Of a DNA stretch of 64,000 bases, positions 55,865 to 64,000 are shown piece after piece. Numbering within the stretch: the first letter of the stretch is position 1; every line of letters begins with the position of its first letter. Location: contig CAYHXX010000001.1 of assembly GCA_964360785.1 (NCBI GenBank), positions 260,187-324,186 on the forward strand, in the 5' to 3' direction. The translations under genes and the position numbers were made by a program. The notes beneath the pieces are model-generated. The model was given only the letters and a program-made list of their open reading frames with translations, was not told the DNA's origin and made no database searches. The stretch comes from an uncultured Gammaproteobacteria bacterium. GTDB lineage: Bacteria > Patescibacteriota > Microgenomatia > Woykebacterales > RBG-16-39-9b.

Positions 55865-56638
55865 TTAAATTTCTTCTGCAAATTTTCCCTCTAATTTTCC
55901 GAACAAATAAAAACCAATTAATAAGGAGCCAAAAGTCGAAACCAGGATAACAAGCATAATTTCTTTACCCGGAAAAACATTGTCAAGAACAATATTTCTG
56001 TAAGCAGTAAGAAAAGAGGCCATTGGGTTAAGGAGATAAAATCCTGCATACTTCTCAGGAATTAGAGAGATTGGATAAAAGATTGGGCTGGCAAAATACC
56101 ACACTGGCAATGAACTCTCAACCAAAATAGGAACATCTCGAAAGAAAACGCTTAGTGCTGCTAGCATCAAAGCTATTCCAAGAACAAACAACACTTGTAA
56201 AATTAACAAAATCGGAAAGAATAGCCAAAGCAAATTCGGTAATATTTGGAAAAAAAGTAACAGAATTATTAACACAACAAGCGAAAAGATCAGTTGTATT
56301 AAGTTTCCAATTACAATTGAAATGGGGAAGATTTCCCGAGCCAGATAAATTTTCTTTATTAGACCTCCATTATCAATAATAGATCTGGAAGATTGTATTA
56401 ACGAAGAAGCGAGAAACTGCCACGCTAGTATTCCAATTAGTAAGAAGATAGGAAAGTTTTTTACACCAGCTCTGATAACGAAAGAGAAAACGATAGCCAA
56501 AACAACCAAGTTCAGCAGGGGATTAAGAAAAGACCAAATAAATCCTAAAGCAGAACCCTTATAGCGAGTTTTTAAATCTCTGGCAACAAAATTTCGTACT
56601 ACGTCACGATAGCTGTAAATTTCCTTTAATTTTTTCAT
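55865..56638 (-). CDS. wzm: ABC-2 type polysaccharide exporter permease Wzm
   Basis: 257 aa with 6 TM helices. It is translationally abutted to wzt. Confidence 0.8.
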   Translation of the reverse strand: MKKLKEIYSYRDVVRNFVARDLKTRYKGSALGFIWSFLNPLLNLVVLAIVFSFVIRAGVKNFPIFLLIGILAWQFLASSLIQSSRSIIDNGGLIKKIYLAREIFPISIVIGNLIQLIFSLVVLIILLLFFQILPNLLWLFFPILLILQVLFVLGIALMLAALSVFFRDVPILVESSLPVWYFASPIFYPISLIPEKYAGFYLLNPMASFLTAYRNIVLDNVFPGKEIMLVILVSTFGSLLIGFYLFGKLEGKFAEEI

Positions 56639-56744
56639 ATCTTTTTACTGAATTGGTATTATATCGCTCTTTACAATACATGATCCTAGCGATGTAATCG
56701 AAGACTACTGTTACTCCCTCAAGTTGCGAACACGAGTGGCGTAA

Positions 56745-57626
56745 TCACGGGTGATTATAGTTTATTAATCCTGATGTTTCAATATAATCTGCACAAGCAC
56801 TTTTCCAATCTCTTAAAACCACCCCAAGTTTCGCTGATCTTTCATTTTTTAAAACTGTATAGTTTGGTGGTTTCGAATCTCTTTCGAAATCTTGCAGTTT
56901 AATTGGTTTTATTTTTACATTAGTCATTTTCGTTAATTCAAGAATAAGTTCTGCCCATTCAAACCTTGAGGCAAATCCCCCATTGACCAAATGAAAAATC
57001 CCACTTGGACTCTTGCGAATTAATTTCTCAAGCGCTTCTGCTAAATCGGGGGTATAAGTTGGAGTGGAAATTTCATCCTCTACTACTTTCAAGAAACCCT
57101 GCTCTCTCGCTCTGTTAACTATCTTATGCGGAAAATTTGTTGTTGAGGCAGGTCCATAAAGCCAAGCAACCCGGACAATAGAACAATCTGGACCCAAGAC
57201 CGTTTCTGCATAAGTCTCTCCCAGCCTTTTCGACTTTCCATAAGGGGTTATTGGATTGGGATAATCCATTTCTAAATACGGGCTTTTTTTCTGACCATCG
57301 AAAACCTCATTTGTACTAATATAGATTAATTTAGCATTAATATTCTTCACTGCTTCGGCAACGTTTCTCGTCCCCTCACCATTAATAACCATTGCTTTTT
57401 TAGGTTCTTTTGCACAACCATCAACATCCGTCCAAGCTCCAGCATGAATAACAAAGTCAGGTCTCTCGAGCACAGTCACCTCGACCGTTTGTTTTTTGTT
57501 TGTAAAATCCAAACTATTTTTATCGGTAGCTATTACTTGAAATTTTTTCTTAAAAACGCGGACTAATTCCTTCCCGAGTTGACCACCTGCTCCCGTAATT
57601 AGGATTTTCATTTTTGTCTTCAACAA
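56745..57626 (-). CDS. rmlD: dTDP-4-dehydrorhamnose reductase
   Basis: 293 aa with the Rossmann motif ILITGAGGQLG and RmlD substrate-binding-domain similarity. Confidence 0.8.
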   Translation of the reverse strand: MLKTKMKILITGAGGQLGKELVRVFKKKFQVIATDKNSLDFTNKKQTVEVTVLERPDFVIHAGAWTDVDGCAKEPKKAMVINGEGTRNVAEAVKNINAKLIYISTNEVFDGQKKSPYLEMDYPNPITPYGKSKRLGETYAETVLGPDCSIVRVAWLYGPASTTNFPHKIVNRAREQGFLKVVEDEISTPTYTPDLAEALEKLIRKSPSGIFHLVNGGFASRFEWAELILELTKMTNVKIKPIKLQDFERDSKPPNYTVLKNERSAKLGVVLRDWKSACADYIETSGLINYNHP

Positions 57627-57690
57627 ATATCGTCCGTGTACTCTAAAATATTAAAGTTTTTCAAAACTTGCATCAGGTCGATATATTTTT

Positions 57691-58692
57691 TTACCTTTCT
57701 TGGTATTGTTTTTTGTAATATTCTTCGTACGCACCACTTTTAAGCGGCTTCCACCACCATTCATTTTCCTGATACCACTTGATTGTCATTTTAATACCTT
57801 CTTCAAACGTTATTTTTGGTTCCCAAGAAAGTTCTTTTCTTAACTTAGTACTATCAATACTATAGCGACGATCGTGTCCAGGTCGGTCCTTAACCGGCTC
57901 AATGTAAGATTTATCTTTCCCAAAATTACTTACTAGTAGCTCGGCAATTTCTTTATTTGCTATTTTTTCTCCAGTACCAATGTTATAAACCTGTCCAACC
58001 TTACCTTCGTGCAAGATTGTATCGATTGCTTCGCAATGATCACTCGTGAAAATCCACTCGCGCACATTTAAACCATCGCCGTAAAGCGGGACTTTTTTAT
58101 TTTCAACCAAGTTAGTAATAAAAAGAGAGATTAATTTTTCTGGGTATTGGTTTGGTCCATAGAAATTACAGCTGTGAGTAACTACTACTGGAACCTTGTG
58201 GGTCTCAAAATAAGCCCGGCACAGCAAGTCTCCTCCGGCTTTTGACGCTGCATAGGGGCTATTTGGCTGGAAAGAGCTACTTTCAGTAAAACTCCCCTCT
58301 TCTATCGAACCAAAGACCTCATCCGTAGAGATCTGTACCATCTTTTTTACTTGGTTTTCTTTGACTGCATCGAGTAAACTCAGAGTTCCAATCACATCGG
58401 TTTTAGCAAAGTCATAAGCGTTAAGAATTGAACGATCGACATGAGTCTCAGCTGCGTAGTTGATAACTGTATCAACTCCTTTGGTAACTTCTTTAACTTT
58501 CTTGGTATCAGTAATGTCACCTTTAATAAATTGGTAATTGGAGTTATTTTCAACTTCTCTAAGATTACTTGGGTTACCAGCGTAAGTTAATTTGTCGTAA
58601 TTAATTATTTTGTAATCTGGATATTTTTTGAGAACGTGTTTAATAAAATGGGACCCCATAAATCCCGCCCCTCCTGTTATCAAGATCTTCAT
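57691..58692 (-). CDS. rmlB: dTDP-glucose 4,6-dehydratase
   Basis: 333 aa beginning MKILITGGAGFMGSHF with the extended SDR YxxxK motif (YAASKAG). Confidence 0.9.
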   Translation of the reverse strand: MKILITGGAGFMGSHFIKHVLKKYPDYKIINYDKLTYAGNPSNLREVENNSNYQFIKGDITDTKKVKEVTKGVDTVINYAAETHVDRSILNAYDFAKTDVIGTLSLLDAVKENQVKKMVQISTDEVFGSIEEGSFTESSSFQPNSPYAASKAGGDLLCRAYFETHKVPVVVTHSCNFYGPNQYPEKLISLFITNLVENKKVPLYGDGLNVREWIFTSDHCEAIDTILHEGKVGQVYNIGTGEKIANKEIAELLVSNFGKDKSYIEPVKDRPGHDRRYSIDSTKLRKELSWEPKITFEEGIKMTIKWYQENEWWWKPLKSGAYEEYYKKQYQER

Positions 58693-59459
58693 CTTTCCTT
58701 TCCCTGATTAAAATTGGTAAGTCCTTTTTCTGTTTCCTTACCTAAACGCTTTCTTGTCCAAAAGACGTTTGTTCTGTACAAACTTTCGAAAGTACCGGCA
58801 TCAGACCAAAAACCATCGAGCTCTGCCCAGCGCATTTTTCCAGAATCAATGTAACGATTATTAACGTCTGTAATTTCCATTTCGCCTCGATCAGAAGGTT
58901 TATTCATCCGGATGTAATCAAAAACCTTGTTATCATATACGTAAAGCCCAGTCACGGCTAGATTGTTTGCCGGCTTAGCTGGCTTCTCCTCAATTTGAAT
59001 TATTTTACTGTTGTCAGATTTATCAAAAACTGGAACCCCAAACCTTTGAGGGTCGGTAACTTCTTTAAGAAAAACTAAAGACCCTTCATCAAACTCTTTC
59101 ACCTCTTTTTTAATATCAGCGTCAGTACAGTTGTCTCCCAGAATAACAGCAACAGAGTCTTTACCAACGAAGTCCTCACAAAGTTTTAGTGCCTCAGCAA
59201 TACCACCTTCTCCTTCTTGATAGGCATACTCTAAATGGTCAACTCCAAAATCCTCACCATTTTTTAGCACGTGTAGGAAATCTCCGGCGTGTGGCCCACC
59301 CGTCACAATAATAATTTCTTTAATACCGGCATTAACCAATGTTTGAATTGGGTAGTAAACCATCGGTTTATCAAAAACCGGAAGTAAGTGTTTGTTTGTT
59401 GCGTGGGTTAGTGGGTAAAGTCGAGTCCCTTTACCACCAGCCAGTATGGCACCCTTCAT
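58689..59459 (-). CDS. rmlA: Glucose-1-phosphate thymidylyltransferase
   Basis: 256 aa beginning MKGAILAGGKGTRLYPLT...KHLLPVFDKPMVYYP, nearly colinear with RmlA though slightly short at the C-terminus. Confidence 0.85.
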   Translation of the reverse strand: MKGAILAGGKGTRLYPLTHATNKHLLPVFDKPMVYYPIQTLVNAGIKEIIIVTGGPHAGDFLHVLKNGEDFGVDHLEYAYQEGEGGIAEALKLCEDFVGKDSVAVILGDNCTDADIKKEVKEFDEGSLVFLKEVTDPQRFGVPVFDKSDNSKIIQIEEKPAKPANNLAVTGLYVYDNKVFDYIRMNKPSDRGEMEITDVNNRYIDSGKMRWAELDGFWSDAGTFESLYRTNVFWTRKRLGKETEKGLTNFNQGKER

Positions 59460-59533
59460 ATAGTGTTTAATTCTAACATATCACGCTACTGATCTTTACA
59501 GCGGTTATTTGTCATCAATTCTAATCACTTGTG

Positions 59534-60526
59534 TTAGTGGAAAAAGCTCTCTAATGAATTCTTGAAATTCTTTAAAGCTTTTGCCAGCTTCCAAGTACGA
59601 GAAATTTTAATTGAGTTTAATTCACTTTGAGCCAAACTAAGTTTGTTAACAACAGCTGTTTGTTCTTTAAGCTTTTGCCTAATTTCCTCGATTTCTCTTA
59701 CTTGACTTCTAAGACCGTCAATCTCATTGAAGACTGAAAAATGAGGATAGGAGGAAAGTACTTTAGGTTTATCTAAATCTTTAAATCTTTTTTTTGTTTG
59801 CCCACTAATTTCTGTTTGGAACTTCTCTTCAAACCTAAAGTAACTCCTAAGATCCTTTAATTTCGGAAAATAATTATCGTAAATTTTCTTTGGAACAAGC
59901 ATTTCGGGAATTATTTCAACTACTGGGTAATTCGTAGAAGTTTTAAATGCCACCACAGCTCCTACGTTCATAAAACTATAAAAGAGAGACCTAAAAAAAA
60001 TAAATTCCAAAGGGATAGGGTCCTTAGTTACCCATTCATAGTCAAAAAGATAAATCTCCTTATCCTTCCTACTTAGATTGTCCATGTTAAAATCTAGACA
60101 TGTGGTACTTAAGCATCTTACCTTTTCTTCTGGAAATTTACCGAAATTCTTAACCAGCCTTTCATCAGTGTTGCTTACCAATTGTGTTGGTAGCTTGTCC
60201 AACAAGGCTTTAAAGTCTTCAATTATCCTCTGTACCTCTTTTTCACCTTTGTCAATATACGCCTCATTAAATTCGTCTAAAAAAGTCCTACCTCTAATAA
60301 AATCAAAGACTAAACTCCCATCTTGAAACTTTGGTTCAACCAAACGGATCACACCTAACTTACCTTGCAAACTTTTGTAATTGGTTTCTAAGTTACGCAG
60401 GTGTCTTTTTGCGAGTGGGTTTTCAGCTCGCTTTCTAACAAAGGTTCTATCTTCACTAGTTTCTATAGTTGTTATTATTCGAAATCGTTCAGCTCGATTT
60501 GAATTTAGTTTTGCGTATTTAATCAT
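59534..60526 (-). CDS. Kinase-like protein with C-terminal coiled coil; candidate WbdD-like chain terminator or ruler subunit
   Basis: 330 aa containing LDFNMDN (DxxxxN) and LFDYEW, which resemble the Brenner and ID(W/Y)E motifs of APH/choline-kinase folds. The C-terminal 60 aa are heptad-rich. It overlaps the upstream methyltransferase gene by 8 nt. Confidence 0.4.
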   Translation of the reverse strand: MIKYAKLNSNRAERFRIITTIETSEDRTFVRKRAENPLAKRHLRNLETNYKSLQGKLGVIRLVEPKFQDGSLVFDFIRGRTFLDEFNEAYIDKGEKEVQRIIEDFKALLDKLPTQLVSNTDERLVKNFGKFPEEKVRCLSTTCLDFNMDNLSRKDKEIYLFDYEWVTKDPIPLEFIFFRSLFYSFMNVGAVVAFKTSTNYPVVEIIPEMLVPKKIYDNYFPKLKDLRSYFRFEEKFQTEISGQTKKRFKDLDKPKVLSSYPHFSVFNEIDGLRSQVREIEEIRQKLKEQTAVVNKLSLAQSELNSIKISRTWKLAKALKNFKNSLESFFH

Positions 60527-61433
60527 CGGTGTCCTTCTGGGCGAAGACTAGAAATGAGTTTGCAAAATCTCCAAATAACCCATTCTTAGCCAGACTCCCA
60601 CCAACTACATCTTCTGGGAAGAAGTACTCCCTAGACATGGAAAGATCCTTCGTTGGGAAAACCCCACTTGAAAAAGCTTTGTCCCTAACTGGTAGGAAGT
60701 GGTCGGAAAAAATTTCGATTGGTAATTTATAGTCTGGTAAAGGATAGTACCAGTCGAGTACTTTGTACTTTGCTTGTTTAAGTAAATTATTTAATTCCAA
60801 TTTACCATATGTTTTGATTTTCGAGTCCCCTAAATAGCCTGTTATTGAGTCGAATCCTACTCCTGTGTGATCCTCACGACATCCGGACCAATACTTCAAC
60901 CCTAATCTATTCTCGATCGCTAAGATTAGTTTGCCTGTCGGTCTTAAATAATTACCTAGATTTTTCAGAAATTTAAGTTGTGGTGCTTCTCCAGAAATAT
61001 ATACTCCAGCATATTCCAAAACGCCAACGCAAACAACATAATCAAATTTTTTTCTCACAGATAGATTTTCTATATTCCCTGATAAAACTGTCAAGTTCTC
61101 TTTGTGAACAAATCTTTGTTTGATAACTTTTGATCTTTTTTCTGTAAGTTCCAGAGCTGTTACAGATTTAAGCCTCTCACAAAATAAACCAGTTAAAGCC
61201 CCGCACCCTGCCCCAACTTCCAGTAATGATGATTCTTTGGGAAAAGGATACCAGTTCAAAAGATTCTGCCGTTGTGGGGATAAGTGATACCTCAATGGCC
61301 AGCTTAAATCAGTCTGTAGTAAACTGTTGATCTTTTCATCCGTTCCGGGACTGGAAAAAAGTTCCAAAAGCTCTTCTTCGGAAGAGTCCTGATAGTCTTT
61401 TTGCCTATCTGCTTTTTCATTTACCTTGTTCAT
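60519..61433 (-). CDS. Class I SAM-dependent methyltransferase
   Basis: 304 aa with motif I LEVGAGCGALTG and an acidic loop ALELTE. It is co-transcribed with the kinase-like gene. Confidence 0.65.
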   Translation of the reverse strand: MNKVNEKADRQKDYQDSSEEELLELFSSPGTDEKINSLLQTDLSWPLRYHLSPQRQNLLNWYPFPKESSLLEVGAGCGALTGLFCERLKSVTALELTEKRSKVIKQRFVHKENLTVLSGNIENLSVRKKFDYVVCVGVLEYAGVYISGEAPQLKFLKNLGNYLRPTGKLILAIENRLGLKYWSGCREDHTGVGFDSITGYLGDSKIKTYGKLELNNLLKQAKYKVLDWYYPLPDYKLPIEIFSDHFLPVRDKAFSSGVFPTKDLSMSREYFFPEDVVGGSLAKNGLFGDFANSFLVFAQKDTDD

Positions 61434-61462
61434 AGTTCAGCAAGTTTAGTTAAATTTATAAG

Positions 61463-62704
61463 TTACAGCTCAGACCAAGTATGTGATAAAATCGAAACAC
61501 CTCTTTGAGAGGTCTTGCTGTCAACGACAAATTTCCCAACTTTTCCGATTAAATCATATGGTTGGGTTTCAACTAAACCAAAAATAACAACATTATAGTA
61601 GTACTCACCCCTATTTAAGGGCAATTTATTAACCCTCAAAATTATCTTATTTTGAGCAACAACGTCAAATTTGTCCATTTTAGTATTTACCCCAAAACAA
61701 TACTCGTCTTTTTCTGAGTAAACCCCAATACCTATATTTATCGGACGTACTGACTTTTTTACCTTAAAATTGAAAACAAAGTTATAATCTTTACCTGACT
61801 CAAGTAGATTTACTTCTTTACCCTTTGAATCAAGTATCTGCAAGGAGTTAAATATTATTTCGCCACTACCCCAACGATTACCTTGCCCCCTACCTTTCAG
61901 ATACTCACCTCTGTTATCCATAGTATCTCTTTGGTACATATTCATAACTTTTCCTGTTTCTCCCACACCTATTACTCTCCCATTAGAAAGGTAAGCCACC
62001 CTGTCACTAAATTCTTCAATTGAACCAAGGTTATGGCTAACAAAAACAACCGTCTTTCCTTTAGCTTTAAATTCTTTGAACTTATCAAAACATTTTCTTT
62101 GAAAAAGAACATCTCCTACTGCTAAAACTTCGTCAACCAAAAGTATTTCTGGATCATTCTGAATAGCAATCGAGAAAGCTAACCTAACCTGCATTCCTGA
62201 GGAGAAATTCTTTAGTTTTTGGTCGAGAAAATTCTCAAGCTCAGAAAACTTTACAATTTCATCAAATTTACTGTCAGTCTGCTTTCGCGACATTCCCAAA
62301 ATAGCCGCATTCAGATAAATATTTTCCCGAGCCGTAAGCTCTGGATTAAACCCAACCCCAAGTTCGATAAATGGCGACAAAGATCCGTTAATCGTTACTT
62401 TTCCTGAAGTCGGCTGATATATACCTGCTAAAATTTTTAGCAACGTGGATTTCCCTGAACCATTGGCACCAATGAGACCAAAAAACTCACCTTTTTTTAT
62501 TTCGAATGAAACATCGTCAAGGGCTCTGAATTTTTCGTAACTCTTTGGATTGAAAATATTCACGAAATGCTGCTTTACTGTCGAAAGTTTTTCATGAGGC
62601 AACTTAAAAACTTTTGACACATTTTCAACCTTAATTATTGCTTTAGTTTCTTTTTCCACTAGATCTCCTCCGCAAAGTTCTTTGAAGAACTGTTGAATAA
62701 CCAA
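61463..62704 (-). CDS. wzt: Second ABC transporter ATP-binding protein Wzt, with C-terminal carbohydrate-binding extension
   Basis: 413 aa with Walker A GANGSGKSTLL, the signature SSGMQVRL and Walker B LLVDE. A roughly 160-aa C-terminal beta-rich domain is present. Confidence 0.85.
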   Translation of the reverse strand: MVIQQFFKELCGGDLVEKETKAIIKVENVSKVFKLPHEKLSTVKQHFVNIFNPKSYEKFRALDDVSFEIKKGEFFGLIGANGSGKSTLLKILAGIYQPTSGKVTINGSLSPFIELGVGFNPELTARENIYLNAAILGMSRKQTDSKFDEIVKFSELENFLDQKLKNFSSGMQVRLAFSIAIQNDPEILLVDEVLAVGDVLFQRKCFDKFKEFKAKGKTVVFVSHNLGSIEEFSDRVAYLSNGRVIGVGETGKVMNMYQRDTMDNRGEYLKGRGQGNRWGSGEIIFNSLQILDSKGKEVNLLESGKDYNFVFNFKVKKSVRPINIGIGVYSEKDEYCFGVNTKMDKFDVVAQNKIILRVNKLPLNRGEYYYNVVIFGLVETQPYDLIGKVGKFVVDSKTSQRGVSILSHTWSEL

Positions 62705-63441
62705 ATACCGAAAATGAAAACACTAGCTACGATTACTAAACTAACAAATGCCAATGGTAAACCCATCGCACTCCAGGTAGTTGTAAAATCCCTTGAGATT
62801 AGAACCCATCGAGCATCTTGAATTATTTGAGTCACTGGATTTAACATCACCAACCACTTAAGAGAGTCTGGGATAAAGGCCACGGGATAAATGATCGGAA
62901 CTGCATAAAACCCAACCTGCAGGACAACTTCCCAAATATGAGAGAAATCGCGAAACTTTGTGTAAAATGTCGAAAGAATTAGACTTAAACCAATAATAAA
63001 GATAATTAACTCAATTATTAAAGGAATTAGTAATAAAGCATGGAAATCTGGAATAATCCTTGAAAAGATTAAGAAGACAAAAATAATAATTAAGTTAAGT
63101 ATAAAAGTTAAAACCGAGGTAATAACAGCTGAAAGAACAATTACGAGTTTTGGAAAGTTAACTTTCCGGAGCAGTTCTCCTCTACCAACTATAGAATGCA
63201 TCCCACCCATAGTCGCCTCAGCAAAAAACGACCAAAACATGATACCTACCAATAGATACACTGGGTAATTAGCAATCCCCTTACCTAGGTTGAAGAAATA
63301 GGTGAAAACAACGTAAAGCACCCCAAAAAAAAGTAACGGCTTCACCAAGGACCAAATGTAACCTAAAATTGATCCTGAATATTTAAGTTTAAAATCAGTT
63401 AGGGCGAGTTGGAGTGTGAGATTAATGTAATTTTTCTTCAT
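62659..63441 (-). CDS. wzm: Second ABC-2 type exporter permease Wzm
   Basis: 260 aa, six TM helices. It overlaps the wzt start. Confidence 0.8.
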   Translation of the reverse strand: MKKNYINLTLQLALTDFKLKYSGSILGYIWSLVKPLLFFGVLYVVFTYFFNLGKGIANYPVYLLVGIMFWSFFAEATMGGMHSIVGRGELLRKVNFPKLVIVLSAVITSVLTFILNLIIIFVFLIFSRIIPDFHALLLIPLIIELIIFIIGLSLILSTFYTKFRDFSHIWEVVLQVGFYAVPIIYPVAFIPDSLKWLVMLNPVTQIIQDARWVLISRDFTTTWSAMGLPLAFVSLVIVASVFIFGIWLFNSSSKNFAEEI

Positions 63442-63496
63442 TTTGAGATGAATATAACAAGAAAGTATTTTAGTTTAACCAAGGCCAATTTGCAAT

Positions 63497-64000
63497 TTAT
63501 TCAATATTTATCAATACTTTCGCTAACTTCTCTGGATCATGACGAATCAAACTTCTCTTTAGATGGTCTCCACTTGTTTTCTCAATTGGATCGCTTGCCA
63601 GAAAATCATTTCTAATTATTCGGTACCCATCATCTTTCAAATCGTCTACAACTGGGCTATCTTTTTCTGACTTGTAGCGATCAATGATCTCGGATGGAAA
63701 GCTTTTATTGTTTATAAGAATGTAATCCAAACAGTCACCCAGATATTTTTCCATTTCTGCGACAAACTTGCTAGCAGTAAATCCGTTTGTCTGACCATAC
63801 TTTGTCATGAGGTTGAGAATATAGGCTTTCTTTGCCTTGGAACCACAAATAGTCTCTGCTACCTGCGATACCACTAAGTTCGGAATCAGGGAGGTATAGA
63901 GATCTCCTGGACCAATAACTATCAAATCAGCCTCAGAAATAGCCTTTAGGGTTTTCTCGTATGGCTCCACCTCTGGCTTAAGGGATAGTTTCTTTATTTT
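63497..64000 (-). CDS. YvcK/CofD-like (UPF0052, gluconeogenesis-factor family) protein. This is the C-terminal portion; the N-terminus lies beyond the window edge.
   Basis: ADLIVIGPGDLYTSLIPNLVV...AKKAYILNLMTKYGQTNGF matches the YvcK C-terminal half. The reading frame stays open to the window edge, so the gene is partial. Confidence 0.75.
   Translation of the reverse strand, partial: KIKKLSLKPEVEPYEKTLKAISEADLIVIGPGDLYTSLIPNLVVSQVAETICGSKAKKAYILNLMTKYGQTNGFTASKFVAEMEKYLGDCLDYILINNKSFPSEIIDRYKSEKDSPVVDDLKDDGYRIIRNDFLASDPIEKTSGDHLKRSLIRHDPEKLAKVLINIE

Noticed and set aside
1-64000. CRISPR arrays, tRNA, rRNA and IS elements
   Set aside because: No arrays of regularly spaced direct repeats, no cloverleaf-compatible 70-90 nt GC-rich segments in intergenic regions, and no transposase-like ORFs or terminal inverted repeats were seen on reading all intergenic regions.

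Overview
The window is AT-rich, gene-dense DNA from a small-genome bacterium, plausibly a Patescibacteria/CPR-like or reduced Gram-positive-like organism. There are no rRNA genes, tRNA genes or CRISPR arrays. Almost all genes are on the minus strand.

The window divides into four parts.

(1) Coordinates 100-8200 carry a parB-like gene, the rpmA and rplU ribosomal protein genes, a SEDS protein, ileS, a KGG-repeat stress protein divergent from a MerR/HspR-like regulator, and pyrG.

(2) Coordinates 8270-34730 hold an extended dcw/mur cluster: mraZ-rsmH-ftsL-ftsI-murE-glmU(N-domain only)-murC-murB-murA-...-alr-murF-mraY-murD-...-ftsW-murG-ftsQ-like-ftsA-ftsZ. The cluster is interrupted in four places by members of a paralogous family of N-terminally anchored proteins. 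These have Ser/Thr-rich linkers and a shared ectodomain ending in TFKFL. Two members are truncated, N-terminus-only copies. The cluster is also interrupted by a Doc/AbrB-type toxin-antitoxin pair. A GT-C (ArnT/PMT-like) membrane glycosyltransferase sits next to ftsZ.

(3) Coordinates 35000-39500 contain a HAD hydrolase, small membrane proteins, glyQS, and a conspicuously GC-rich roughly 370-bp island on the plus strand. The island encodes a CsrA homolog with its own sigma70-like promoter, a strong Shine-Dalgarno sequence and a GC-clamped intrinsic terminator. It is followed by a SpoIIM/DUF95-like protein and recO.

(4) Coordinates 39400-63450 form a large cell-envelope glycan locus. It carries a DUF4012-like protein, an initiating phosphoglycosyltransferase, manC, GT4 and GT2 transferases, a CE4 deacetylase, a metallophosphoesterase, a C-methyltransferase and rmlA/B/D plus an RmlC-like cupin. 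It has two separate Wzm/Wzt ABC exporters whose Wzt proteins carry C-terminal carbohydrate-binding extensions. One exporter is paired with a 913-aa methyltransferase-coiled-coil-GT2-GT2 fusion. The other is paired with a split WbdD-like terminator: a methyltransferase plus a kinase-like protein with a C-terminal coiled coil.

The window ends in a partial yvcK-like gene.

The most novel candidates are the dispersed paralog family around the division cluster, the foreign-looking csrA island, and the dual capped-glycan export systems.
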